Positions 9,163 to 18,429 of a DNA stretch of 64,000 nucleotides are shown here, one piece after another. The notes beneath the pieces are model-generated. The model did no database searches and was not told the origin of the DNA. It saw only the letters and a program-made list of their open reading frames with translations. Origin of the DNA: an uncultured Pseudomonadota bacterium (GTDB lineage: Bacteria; Babelota; Babeliae; Babelales; RVW-14); the NCBI GenBank assembly GCA_964446935.1, contig CAYUQI010000002.1, positions 194-64,193 of the forward strand, written 5' to 3'. A program made the translations under genes and the position numbers. The stretch's first letter is position 1, and every line of letters starts with the position of its first letter.

Positions 9163-9858
9163 ATGAACAGTTTCATCAAAAAAATTTTTTACACCGTATT
9201 TTTTTTATTTCTTAATGAGAGCAGTGTTTATTCTCAAAAAATAACAATGAGAATAGAACCACAATATCGAATGGTGGTAGGACTTTACGAGTATGTGACT
9301 GTTGTTATTGAGGGTGTTAGAAAGGATCAGATCACGTATAGATCAGAGGTCGTGATTTATCAGAAAGATTTTTCATACGTTCATCTTATGACGCTTAAAA
9401 AATTTAATTATATAGAATCTGATGCTTGTTTATGTGTGAAAAAAAGTATTCTGAATAAAAACAGGGGATGGGAAACCACTGATATTAAATTATCCAAGGA
9501 TACTTTAGACCGACTTTTAAAATACCTTTTATATGACAGTGAAGATAAAAATAGAGATTGTGCAGATTTTTTTCAAGAGGTGCTCTTTGATTCGAAAAGT
9601 AAAAATGAATTTAAAAAAAGCGACAATTTTTATATATTTTCTGAAAACGATGAGAAAAATCTAAAAGCGGGTGATGGCGTTGTACTTCAGAGTGATGGGA
9701 TTACTCAACATTATGCGATTTATTTGGGTGATGGACTTTATATTTCAAAATATGGATGTGGCGGCCCTCTTGTGGTTCAAACAATGAAAACAATGCTTGC
9801 TCGTTGGAAGAGTAACTTTTTTTTCACGCTGGATGTAGAAGCATATAAAAAAAATTAG
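9163..9858 (+). CDS. exported NlpC/P60-like (papain-fold) domain protein
   Basis: Signal-like MNSFIKKIFYTVFFLFLNESSVYS. Cys motif NRDCADFF, followed later by LKAGDGVVLQ..HYAIYLGDGLYI, resembling the NlpC/P60 Cys..His order. Confidence 0.4.
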   Translation: MNSFIKKIFYTVFFLFLNESSVYSQKITMRIEPQYRMVVGLYEYVTVVIEGVRKDQITYRSEVVIYQKDFSYVHLMTLKKFNYIESDACLCVKKSILNKNRGWETTDIKLSKDTLDRLLKYLLYDSEDKNRDCADFFQEVLFDSKSKNEFKKSDNFYIFSENDEKNLKAGDGVVLQSDGITQHYAIYLGDGLYISKYGCGGPLVVQTMKTMLARWKSNFFFTLDVEAYKKN

Positions 9859-10358
9859 TGAATATATCGGTGAAGTATCATTTGAAATATTCGATTTTGG
9901 GGATTTTAGGACAATAAGTTTTTTTAAAAAATCGTTTTTGATGGGATTTTGTAGCTCTTTTGATTCTATCGATATTCTGGATATACTAATCAATAATACG
10001 TAAGTTTTCGGTCTTTTTAACAAATACGAGGAGGTATTTTAATGAAAACACTGACCGAATCGTCTTTTAAAGTCACTTGGCTTATGAATAATGTTGCCAT
10101 TTCTGCAACAACCGTTTCTATTTCTTCAATTTCATTCTCTCTTCGTCGTCGCGCAGTCCGCGCGTAAATATCTATTTTTTCTAAATTTTCATTTTTCATT
10201 TGTATGTTTTTGTGCTGAACAAGTACCTATGAATATTTGTTCATTAGTGTTTTGTCGCACGTATTAATGCTGTATTCGTTACAACGTACGGCATGCATTG
10301 TATTGCTATAAAGAGTTAGCGAATACAACGGTTAAAAGTTTAATGAGAGAATAAAACT

Positions 10359-11153
10359 ATGATTAAAACAATAAAAAAAATTATATATACGTTACATATT
10401 ACAAGCCTACTGACACTTCTTACTGGATGTGGTGGACAAAAAAATGAAAACGAGCTAATCGTTGGAACCTGTGCAGGGTTTCCACCATATGAAATGTTTG
10501 ATGAGCACGGAGCTGTTGTCGGTTTCGATATCGATGTTGCAACCAAAATTGCTCAACAACTTGGTAAAAAGTTGATTATCAAGGACATGTCCTTTGATGC
10601 ACTTATCATTGCCCTGAAGCAGGGCTCGGTTGATATGATTGTTGCAGGGATTTCAATCACACAAAGCAGGCTTAAAGAAATTGCATTAGTGCATTACAGT
10701 GGACAGTCTTTGACAACGCTACCGCTTATTTTTTGGCAGCATATTCCAGCGGGGGTCAAAACGGTTGAAGATCTTAACCATCATGATAACAAGACGGTAT
10801 GCGTGCAGTCAGGAACTTTACAGGAAGAAGTTATATCATCGTACAAATTTTTGACGATCAAGCAGCTTGAGAACATTCCTGATCTGATTATGGATATTAA
10901 ATATGGTAAATCAATTGCAGCAGTCCTTGAACCGAAGGTTGCGCATGCGTTGATTGCCTCCAATCCGGAATTTACAACAATTGATATTCCATTAACACCA
11001 GAACAGCAGGATCTTGGCAATGGGATAGGAATCAACAAAACGAATACGCAACTTATAGAAAAAATTAAAAATATCGTTGCACAGCTTAAGCAAAATGGAA
11101 CGCTGCCATCGCTTGAGTACAAATGGTTTCAGGAGGGCAATCATGGCTTTTAG
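10359..11153 (+). CDS. polar amino-acid ABC transporter substrate-binding lipoprotein
   Basis: Lipobox LLTGC. Family-3 SBP pattern GFPPYEMFDEHGAVVGFDIDVA..AGISIT. Confidence 0.85.
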   Translation: MIKTIKKIIYTLHITSLLTLLTGCGGQKNENELIVGTCAGFPPYEMFDEHGAVVGFDIDVATKIAQQLGKKLIIKDMSFDALIIALKQGSVDMIVAGISITQSRLKEIALVHYSGQSLTTLPLIFWQHIPAGVKTVEDLNHHDNKTVCVQSGTLQEEVISSYKFLTIKQLENIPDLIMDIKYGKSIAAVLEPKVAHALIASNPEFTTIDIPLTPEQQDLGNGIGINKTNTQLIEKIKNIVAQLKQNGTLPSLEYKWFQEGNHGF

Positions 11154-11841
11154 TGCACTATTTTTTACCCTTATCAATGCAGGGCCCCTTTTTATTGAAG
11201 GGGCTTATTACACGGTTGTCACAACGTGTACTGCAATGGTCATTGGTATTGTTGGGGGCTTGTTTGGCGGGCTTGTAACGTGCAAGCAACTTAAGAATAA
11301 CTATATAAGCCCATTTGTTAGTTTCTATGTTTTTATTATTCGAGGAACACCCGTTTATGTGCAGGTGCTTATTATTTATTTTGTGATACCTGAAATAATC
11401 GGCGTTAGCCTTTCACCGTGTGTGGCAGGGGTTATTGCGCTGGGATGTAATTCAATTGCCTATGTTTCAGAAATTGTTAGAGGTGGATTGAATACCATTC
11501 CGGTTGGACAATGGGAAGCATGTGCTGTGCTTGGTTACAGCCAGGTGCATGCGGTTAAGAGTATTATCGTGCCGCAAATGTTTAAAAACGTATTGCCATC
11601 AATGGTTAATGAACTGATTGTCTTGCTCAAGGAAACATCAATTCTTTCAATGATTGGATGTGTCGAAATAACAAGGGTAAGCATGAACATCAGTGCCAGA
11701 ACACTTGATCCTGTTAGTAGTTATGGGGCATCTGCGCTCTTGTATCTAACGCTGACATCGATTCTTTGGGTGTTTACAAAAAAAATAGAAAAGGAATTTA
11801 CCTATGATTGCAGCATCAAACCTAACACTTACAATAAATAA
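11143..11841 (+). CDS. amino-acid ABC transporter permease
   Basis: Polytopic hydrophobic protein, in frame with track ORF 11077-11841. AGGAGG precedes ATG 11143. Contains an EAA-loop-like region (SEIVRGGLNTIPVGQWEA). Confidence 0.85.
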   Translation: MAFSALFFTLINAGPLFIEGAYYTVVTTCTAMVIGIVGGLFGGLVTCKQLKNNYISPFVSFYVFIIRGTPVYVQVLIIYFVIPEIIGVSLSPCVAGVIALGCNSIAYVSEIVRGGLNTIPVGQWEACAVLGYSQVHAVKSIIVPQMFKNVLPSMVNELIVLLKETSILSMIGCVEITRVSMNISARTLDPVSSYGASALLYLTLTSILWVFTKKIEKEFTYDCSIKPNTYNK

Positions 11842-12517
11842 AAACACTATATTGAATAATGTTTCATTTGCTATTCCTCACGGAGGAATAGCAACGTTTA
11901 TCGGACTAAGTGGCGCTGGGAAAACATCATTGTTGCGTTGTATTGCTCAGCTCAATACTAATTATAAAGGCACAATTTTGCTTAGTGGAATTGATGTAAA
12001 AACAATGTCGGCGTTGCAAAGGGCGAAGACAATAGGGTTTGTTTTTCAGAATCTGAATTTGTTTCCCCATAAAACGGTGTTGCATAATTGTGTGCATCCT
12101 TTAGTTACTGTGCTTAAAATATCTTATCATCAAGCAGTGAGTACGTCATTAGAAAAACTTAAGCTTTTAGGCATTGATACGTTTGCTGATGCGTATCCGC
12201 ATCAATTATCAGGGGGGCAACAACAGAGGGTTGCCATAGCCAGAGCACTGTGTATGGAACCGCAACTGTTGATGTTTGATGAACCAACCTCGGCACTTGA
12301 CCCACATACTACAAAAATGGTGCAAGATAGCATCAAAACATTACAAGCAGCTGGAATAACAATTGTACTAAGCAGCCATGATATGACATTAGTTAACGGG
12401 TTGCTCGACAATGTTTATTTTGTGGAGCAGGGAGCTCTCGTTGAATCATATAATGCTTACAAAGATTCGTTGGATGATAAGCCTAAAATACGTGCTTTTG
12501 TGGGAGGCGTTAACTGA
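11804..12517 (+). CDS. amino-acid ABC transporter ATP-binding protein
   Basis: Walker A GLSGAGKTS, signature LSGGQQQRVAIARAL, Walker B LLMFDEPTSALD. Confidence 0.9.
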   Translation: MIAASNLTLTINKNTILNNVSFAIPHGGIATFIGLSGAGKTSLLRCIAQLNTNYKGTILLSGIDVKTMSALQRAKTIGFVFQNLNLFPHKTVLHNCVHPLVTVLKISYHQAVSTSLEKLKLLGIDTFADAYPHQLSGGQQQRVAIARALCMEPQLLMFDEPTSALDPHTTKMVQDSIKTLQAAGITIVLSSHDMTLVNGLLDNVYFVEQGALVESYNAYKDSLDDKPKIRAFVGGVN

Positions 12518-14627
12518 CCTTTATTTCCTCCTTAACAACATCAACCATAAACTTCTTTTTCTCTGGATGCTTTAACATTTCAACAGCCAGAGGACTGACA
12601 ATTGCATGCTGAATAGCGCGCTTGAGAGGACGAGCACCAAATTCTTTGATGTAACCGGTTTCGGCCAAATGAGCAATTGCCTTGTCGGTTATTTCAAGGG
12701 TGATGTCCTTTTCAAGCATGCGTGCTTTCAGATGTGCTAGTTGAACGTTGACGATGTGTGCCATGTCATCGATGGTTAATGATCTGAAATATACTGTTTC
12801 ATCAATACGGTTTAAAAATTCTGGGCGGAAGTTTTTATGCAATAGTTTTTCGATTTCTTGACGAACTTTTGCTGTAATGTCTCCCGCTTCCAAAATCAGA
12901 TCAGAACCAATGTTTGAAGTCATGATGATAATGCAGTTTTTAAAAGAAACGGTTCGGCCTTGGGCATCGGTCAAATGACCTTCATCAAGAATTTGAAGCA
13001 AGATATTGAAGACATCCGGGTGTGCCTTTTCGATTTCATCAAATAGAACAACACTGTACGGATGATGACGAACGGCCTCGGTCAGTTGTCCTCCTTCTTC
13101 ATAACCAACGTAGCCAGGAGGAGCGCCAATCAGACGTGCAACCGCATGTTTTTCCATGTATTCAGACATGTCGATACGAATCATTTTGTGTTCATCACTA
13201 AAGAGGTAATCGGCAAGTGTTTTGGCAACCTCTGTTTTACCAACACCGGTTGGACCAAGAAATAAAAATGAACCAATTGGTTTGTTGGGATCAGCAATAC
13301 CGGTGCGGTGAACACGAATAGTATTGGCTACCTTGGTAATAGCTTCATCTTGGCCTATGACGCGACGGCCAAGCTCAGCTTCCATCTCAATGAGTTTGTG
13401 GCTTTCATCAGCTTTTAGTTTTTCCACTGGTATTTTTACCCAACGGGCGAGTACTGCGGCTATATCTTCTTCATCAACTTCTTCTTTAATCATGTGTGTT
13501 TTGAGTTTTTTGAGTGTTTCTTGTTCGTGTTCCAATTTTTTTTCAAGTTCCGCAACCTTGCCATATTTGATCATTGAGGCTTTGGCATAATCACCCATGC
13601 GCTCTGCTTGTGCAAATTCAGTTTTGGCAGAATCAATGAGTCCTTTAAGCCTTTGAATTTCTTCAATTGGTTTGCGTTCCTTTTTCCACTGATCAAGTTT
13701 CGTGCGATGTTGTTCTTTCAAATCAGCGAGTTCTTTTTCTAATTCGGCAAGCCGTTTTTTTGAAACATCATCTTTTTCTTTGCTTAAGGCAACCTTTTCA
13801 ATCTCCAGTTGTCGGATCGTACGGTCGAGTTGATCAATAATCTCCGGTTTGGAATCGATGGTCATTTTAACCATTGCTGCTGCTTCATCAATAAGGTCTA
13901 TGGCTTTGTCGGGTAAGAACCTATCAGGAATCAGCCGAGCCGCCAGGTTGACTGCCTTGACGATGGCTTGGTCTTTGATACGAATGCCGTGATGCAACTC
14001 ATAGCGTTCTTTGAGCCCGCGCAGGATTGAAATAGCATCTTGGATGGAAGGTTCTTCGATCAAAACCTTTTGGAATCGACGTTCAAGGGCCGCATCTTTT
14101 TCAATATATTTTTTATATTCAACAGCAGTTGTTGCACCAATGCAATGCAAAATGCCACGAGCTAAAGCCGGCTTGAGTAAATTGGAGGCATCCATGCCAC
14201 CCCCGGCAGCCCCAGCACCCACAAGCATATGAAGTTCATCAATGAACAAAATGATGTGTTCTGATTCTTTTTCGATAGCATCTAATATTGCTTTGATGCG
14301 TTCTTCAAATTCGCCTCGATATTTGCTTCCAGCGACGAGTGCCCCCAAATCAAGTGATAAAATACGTCTGTTTTGTAAGCTTTCTGGGACGTCGTTGTTA
14401 ATAATACGTTGGGCAATGCCTTCGACAATTGCTGTTTTACCAACACCAGGATCGCCAACGAGGACGGGGTTGTTTTTGGTGCGTCGCGAAAGAATTTGAA
14501 CAACGCGACGGATTTCATCATTGCGACCAATGACCGGGTCTAATTTGCCCTCGCGAGCTCGTTTGGTGAGGTCTTGGCAAAACACTTCGAGAACGTTTTG
14601 ATTGGTTTCAGCCTTTTGATCATTCAT
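12510..14627 (-). CDS. clpB: ClpB-type AAA+ disaggregase lacking the N-terminal domain
   Basis: Two AAA modules ([16 protein letters not shown]) with a coiled-coil middle domain between them. The protein starts at the segment ..[22 protein letters not shown].., which follows the N-domain in full-length ClpB. Confidence 0.9.
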   Translation of the reverse strand: MNDQKAETNQNVLEVFCQDLTKRAREGKLDPVIGRNDEIRRVVQILSRRTKNNPVLVGDPGVGKTAIVEGIAQRIINNDVPESLQNRRILSLDLGALVAGSKYRGEFEERIKAILDAIEKESEHIILFIDELHMLVGAGAAGGGMDASNLLKPALARGILHCIGATTAVEYKKYIEKDAALERRFQKVLIEEPSIQDAISILRGLKERYELHHGIRIKDQAIVKAVNLAARLIPDRFLPDKAIDLIDEAAAMVKMTIDSKPEIIDQLDRTIRQLEIEKVALSKEKDDVSKKRLAELEKELADLKEQHRTKLDQWKKERKPIEEIQRLKGLIDSAKTEFAQAERMGDYAKASMIKYGKVAELEKKLEHEQETLKKLKTHMIKEEVDEEDIAAVLARWVKIPVEKLKADESHKLIEMEAELGRRVIGQDEAITKVANTIRVHRTGIADPNKPIGSFLFLGPTGVGKTEVAKTLADYLFSDEHKMIRIDMSEYMEKHAVARLIGAPPGYVGYEEGGQLTEAVRHHPYSVVLFDEIEKAHPDVFNILLQILDEGHLTDAQGRTVSFKNCIIIMTSNIGSDLILEAGDITAKVRQEIEKLLHKNFRPEFLNRIDETVYFRSLTIDDMAHIVNVQLAHLKARMLEKDITLEITDKAIAHLAETGYIKEFGARPLKRAIQHAIVSPLAVEMLKHPEKKKFMVDVVKEEIKVS

Positions 14628-14674
14628 AAAAAGTCCTTTTCTATGAAGTATTGTGGTGCTATCGCAATCATCTG

Positions 14675-15604
14675 TTAATGCTGTTTTTTTTTATTAAAAT
14701 TTTTTTTTTGCCAGCGGCTTAATAAATTTTCAATTTTTGTAAAACTTCTGTGATGGGCGAGTTCTTCTGGTGTTAACTCGATAAACATTCTACTCGTTGG
14801 ATCGGCTTTATATTCTAAAAGTATTTTAACTATTTTATATTCATTACTCATGACGGCAGCATGCAGTGGGGTGCCTTTACTTTCAGAGCTCCATGTAAGT
14901 ATAGTTGGAAATTTTTGACAATAATCATCCAAAAATGTTTTAAGGGTCTCTGAGTTTGGTTCTGAAAGTATTTCCCATAATGTCGTTCTCGCTTGCAACA
15001 TATCCTGAATCGTTGGATTCTTGGCAACTTGGTATGGTGTTAGCCCTTCATCGTTTATAATTGTAGGATCATTGCCATATTGTAAAAGAACGTTAACAAT
15101 TTCAGGATCGCCAATTTTTGCTGCAATGTGAAGAGGGGTTTGATTATTGGTGATTGGATTGTTAATGAGGTGTGGATGAAGTATAAGAAGATTTTGTATT
15201 TCATTAATATTTTTATGGTCTAGGGCATCGAGTAATGCATGTTCTGGCGTGTGCATAACCACATCGTCGTTGTTATGATGATCATTATCGTGAGAGTTAT
15301 CTGATATAGGAGAAACATCAAGTTCATCGGATGATGCTGATAATGATGGAAATTCGGATGAAGAGGATAGGGGTGGTGTTGATGATGGTGTTACGTTGGC
15401 CATCGCAATATCTTGTGGATTTGGATCAGTGTCTTCTTCTTGAGCAAATTGAGCAGAAGACAAGAGTTGTTTTGAGTGCGATGATTCTGTGTGTATTTCT
15501 ACTGTTGCGCCTTCTGATTGTGCCACCCTGGGTTCCGCGGCATATACAGAAGAGAGTGTTAAAGAGGTGAGAAAAGTTTGGATACCGATAGTGATTTTCT
15601 TCAT
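14675..15604 (-). CDS. exported ankyrin-repeat protein
   Basis: ANK motifs TPLHIAAKIGDPEIVNVLLQYGNDP and TPLHAAVMSNEYKIVKILLEYKADP. Signal-like MKKITIGIQTFLTSLTLSSVYA (internal ATG of track ORF 14675-15664). Confidence 0.8.
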   Translation of the reverse strand: MKKITIGIQTFLTSLTLSSVYAAEPRVAQSEGATVEIHTESSHSKQLLSSAQFAQEEDTDPNPQDIAMANVTPSSTPPLSSSSEFPSLSASSDELDVSPISDNSHDNDHHNNDDVVMHTPEHALLDALDHKNINEIQNLLILHPHLINNPITNNQTPLHIAAKIGDPEIVNVLLQYGNDPTIINDEGLTPYQVAKNPTIQDMLQARTTLWEILSEPNSETLKTFLDDYCQKFPTILTWSSESKGTPLHAAVMSNEYKIVKILLEYKADPTSRMFIELTPEELAHHRSFTKIENLLSRWQKKNFNKKKQH

Positions 15605-15848
15605 AGTAACCCCAGATACTCTGTTTATATTCTCTTTAGGTAGTATATCACCTAATCTGCCCAAACCATAATGAGGTGTATAACGGTTTAAAAGTCACTA
15701 TTTTGCATGAAGTTCTCCGAAATCGTTTCTATGTAACAAAAAATTCGTCCGAGCTTTAAATGTTTCGATTGTGATGATACAATGGCGCTCCCAATAAAAA
15801 TTTATCATAAAAAATTGATGTGGATTAAATAACTAAGGATTCTTCTCG

Positions 15849-16676
15849 ATGAGGGAGTTTAAGACCGTATTGGTGATACTGCTTTTGTTTGCTGTAATGA
15901 AAAGCTACTGTGCACAAAAACTATGCAATCAAGGTGGACCATTAACGGTAGGATCATCAGCAGAGGCTTTTAATAGTAAAGAGGCAATAGCCTTTTACCA
16001 GGAACTATGCAAAAACCTGTTTGATATCGAACAGGTTCGGAAATTGGTTAAGGGAGGGATTGAAAACAAATTTCTTAATATTGATCTTATTAAAAATCTG
16101 TTCGCATTGGCAGTATCGAAACGATGTAACTGTTTGGGGTTGAATGACGAGCAAAAGAAAATATTAAAAAATCTTGCCAGAAAAATTGTTGGCATGCTTC
16201 CCATTAGTTACTATGAAAAAGAACAAGATGTTACATATTTTGATTTATTGCTTGAAGGCCCTTTTTACACCTTCAATGAGGTGTTATCTACAAAGAGCCT
16301 GGTTATTGCAAATGATTCAGATGCTCGTCTGGATAGTCCGCTATCATGGCTTGGAGCTTGTAGTCTTTATGGGCTAATGTGTTTTTATAAAAAAAATAAG
16401 GCCCTTGCTCAAAAAATGTTTAACTTTGTTCTTGATTATGAAAATTGTCGATATTTTAACATGCTAGCATGGTTCGATGCACATTTTTACTTAATGAAAA
16501 TGTGTTTGTTCTGTAATCCTAATGATAAGGATGCTATTCAAGTACATTGTAAGGCCATTCTTGATGCTCCCAATGCTGAAATGTTCTATAAACATGGCTT
16601 TACTGAAGCTAAATATATTCTTGAGATGAGTCAAAAAAAAAAGAGTCCAACGCCTTCTTTCTCCATTTTTGATTAA
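15849..16676 (+). CDS. hypothetical exported protein
   Basis: Long ORF with a signal-like N-terminus MREFKTVLVILLLFAVMKSYCA. No motif recognised. Confidence 0.5.
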   Translation: MREFKTVLVILLLFAVMKSYCAQKLCNQGGPLTVGSSAEAFNSKEAIAFYQELCKNLFDIEQVRKLVKGGIENKFLNIDLIKNLFALAVSKRCNCLGLNDEQKKILKNLARKIVGMLPISYYEKEQDVTYFDLLLEGPFYTFNEVLSTKSLVIANDSDARLDSPLSWLGACSLYGLMCFYKKNKALAQKMFNFVLDYENCRYFNMLAWFDAHFYLMKMCLFCNPNDKDAIQVHCKAILDAPNAEMFYKHGFTEAKYILEMSQKKKSPTPSFSIFD

Positions 16677-16680
16677 TGGT

Positions 16681-16711
16681 TTGAAAAGACATAATTCGTT
16701 CGAAGTATAAT
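16681..16711 (+). promoter_or_regulatory. candidate sigma70-type promoter TTGAAA-N19-TATAAT facing the tandem RNA-like units
   Basis: Hexamers read directly from the sequence. The spacer is long (19 nt). No experimental support. Confidence 0.3.
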
Positions 16712-16718
16712 GAAAAAT

Positions 16719-16785
16719 AAAAAAAGCCCGTCGGCAATGGCATCTTGCAACAGTAGTTGCAGCGTGCAATTATCGAAGGGCTTTT
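16719..16785. terminator. long bidirectional terminator-like hairpin
   Basis: A7 - GCCCGUCGG...(inner UGCAAC-agua-GUUGCA)...CGAAGGGC - T4. Read on the minus strand it ends in U7. Confidence 0.6.
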
Positions 16786-16788
16786 AAA

Positions 16789-16991
16789 GCCAGGCAAGCT
16801 ATATCAGGCTACCAAGATCCGCAACCATCAATCCGATGAACACTTATCAAAAGCATCAATCAGCGACGTTATGCTCTGATCGGTTGCCTCGGTGAGGGTT
16901 AATCACCGTATATAGCATCTGAGGGGCTGACTATGTGCATCCAAGCAAGGATGCAATAGTTGGAGCGACAGGTACTCCTAGCTTGTCCGGC
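16789..16991. ncRNA. structured-RNA-like unit A (unclassified; strand unresolved)
   Basis: 5' GCCAGGCAAGCT and 3' AGCTTGTCCGGC are complementary. Internal hairpins and boxes are shared with unit B. No ORF. Confidence 0.45.
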
Positions 16992-17000
16992 CATTTTTAA

Positions 17001-17218
17001 GCCGGGCAGGCTACACATGGGTTACCGAAAGAACGAACACCAATAGATGATTACTTAATTAAAAGTATCAAACAACGATGTTAGCATTAAATCGGTTAGC
17101 CACAATATAGCATCTGAGGGCTGTATATACACATCCGAAGATGCGTATAACAGGAGCGACAGGTGTTGGGAAGGCAAAACCCACTGAAGGGAACTGCATT
17201 TCCCATAGCTTGTCCGGC
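17001..17218. ncRNA. structured-RNA-like unit B (unclassified; strand unresolved)
   Basis: 5' GCCGGGCAGGCT pairs with 3' AGCTTGTCCGGC (10 WC + 2 G-U on the + strand). Shares ATATAGCATCTGAGGGCTG and GGAGCGACAGGT with unit A. Confidence 0.45.
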
Positions 17219-17249
17219 TATTTTCTCATACATTTCAATCTCTAAATTC

Positions 17250-17279
17250 ATTGTAAATTATTTGATGATAGAAAATCAA
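17250..17279 (-). promoter_or_regulatory. candidate minus-strand promoter TTGATT-N18-TACAAT upstream of unit B
   Basis: Hexamers read on the reverse complement. Alternative to the + strand promoter. Speculative. Confidence 0.25.
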
Positions 17280-17349
17280 TGGTTGATGAAAATATATTGT
17301 TGAAATCGATATATTTGATTAAAAATGGCAGATTTAAATTTAAAAAATG

Positions 17350-18075
17350 CTAAAATTTACTGATTTTTGAAGAGATTAAAAACATGAGAATTCCTGCCGC
17401 AACGGAGGCATTGTAGGAAATATCGGCTGTTCGTTGAGGAAGGGTAAGAGCCTCTCCCATCTTACGGATATCAGGAGAGATCCCAACCGCTTCGTTACCA
17501 ATGACCAAGCATAAGGGTTTTTGGTAAGATGCTTCGGCGGCGTTCTTTCCATCCAAAACAGCCATATAAAAGTGATATCCAGCTTGTTTGAGTTCTGCAA
17601 TTGCTTGTTTAAGTGATGAGGCAACATAGATATCCATATGTTCAGCTAATCCGGCAGAGGCTTTGAATGCTGCTGCGGTGAGAGGTGCAGCTTTGGTTTT
17701 GCAGAGTACAACTCCGTCAACCCCGGTGCAATAGGCGGAGCGTAAGATGGCGCCAAGGTTGCGGACGTCTTGTAGTGAATCAAGTATCACAATGAATGGT
17801 TTTTTGTTTGGATCGAACACTTTAGAGGTGTATTTGAACGAAGTTGCTAGGGCGACGATACTGTTATGATCGGTGCAGCCAGCCATGCGGTCGAGTACTG
17901 AGCGATCAACATATTGAATCGTTGGCTTTTGAGCAGGAAGGTAACGAACAATGCGGTCCCATGCTTTAGGCAAGGGCCTTGTTGTATAAATGGTAAGAAT
18001 TTTGCGCTTCTTTGCCTTAAGAAGTTCGATAATGGGATGTGCTCCGTAAATCATTTCGCCTGCTGGTGCAGCCAT
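17350..18075 (-). CDS. SpoU/TrmH-family RNA 2'-O-methyltransferase (RlmB-like)
   Basis: GAHPIIELLKAKKRKI N-terminal substrate-binding-like region. C-terminal SpoU motifs NLGAILRSA, LVIGNEAVGIS, SYNASVAAGI. Confidence 0.85.
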   Translation of the reverse strand: MAAPAGEMIYGAHPIIELLKAKKRKILTIYTTRPLPKAWDRIVRYLPAQKPTIQYVDRSVLDRMAGCTDHNSIVALATSFKYTSKVFDPNKKPFIVILDSLQDVRNLGAILRSAYCTGVDGVVLCKTKAAPLTAAAFKASAGLAEHMDIYVASSLKQAIAELKQAGYHFYMAVLDGKNAAEASYQKPLCLVIGNEAVGISPDIRKMGEALTLPQRTADISYNASVAAGILMFLISSKISKF

Positions 18076-18113
18076 GTGGGTTTCCTTTGATTTATTCTAA
18101 AAATGGGCCTTTT

Positions 18114-18194
18114 TTGTCATGCTGAACTTGTTTCAGCATCCATTTTACTAAGGTTAAGGTTAGCGTGGATCCTGAAATGAATTCAGGATGACAA
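18114..18194. repeat. 81-bp palindromic repeat element (REP/MITE-like), copy 1
   Basis: Terminal inverted repeats TTGTCATGCTGAA / TTCAGGATGACAA. Two internal hairpins: ATGCTGAA-cttgt-TTCAGCAT and ATCCTGAA-atga-(A)TTCAGGAT. A second copy lies at 22632-22772. Confidence 0.7.
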
Positions 18195-18429
18195 AAGGAA
18201 TGCTTATGCCGCTTGAAACAAAGAGTGTGACTTAATGCAGCACCCATCTCAATTTCCAATACTCCCCAAGCCTACCGTAAAATGTTCACAAGGGCAAAAG
18301 GCTTCATTGTTTGCGTATTTACCTAACAAATTTAGTCATAAAAAATCATTTTTTGTTCTTTAAATTTTCATCCCGTATACTAATAAAAAATCACCATTTA
18401 TTTTTTTAAAAATTAAAAGGACCCGGTCA

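Noticed and set aside
16491-16797. Track ORFs 16491-16769 and 16609-16797 (-)
   Set aside because: They run antisense through the 3' end of the 15849-16676 gene and through the terminator hairpin. No SD. Explained by the hairpin plus AT-rich sequence.
16789-17218. Idea that the tandem units are RNase P RNA, 6S RNA, SRP RNA or a tandem (glycine-type) riboswitch
   Set aside because: I could not find the conserved P4 strands (GGAAAGUCCGG / ACAGAANCCGGCUUA; only a partial CCCGGCUUA on the minus strand), the SRP GGAA/AGCA helix-8 motifs or glycine-aptamer cores. No gene lies downstream on either strand for a riboswitch. Left as unclassified rather than forced into a family.
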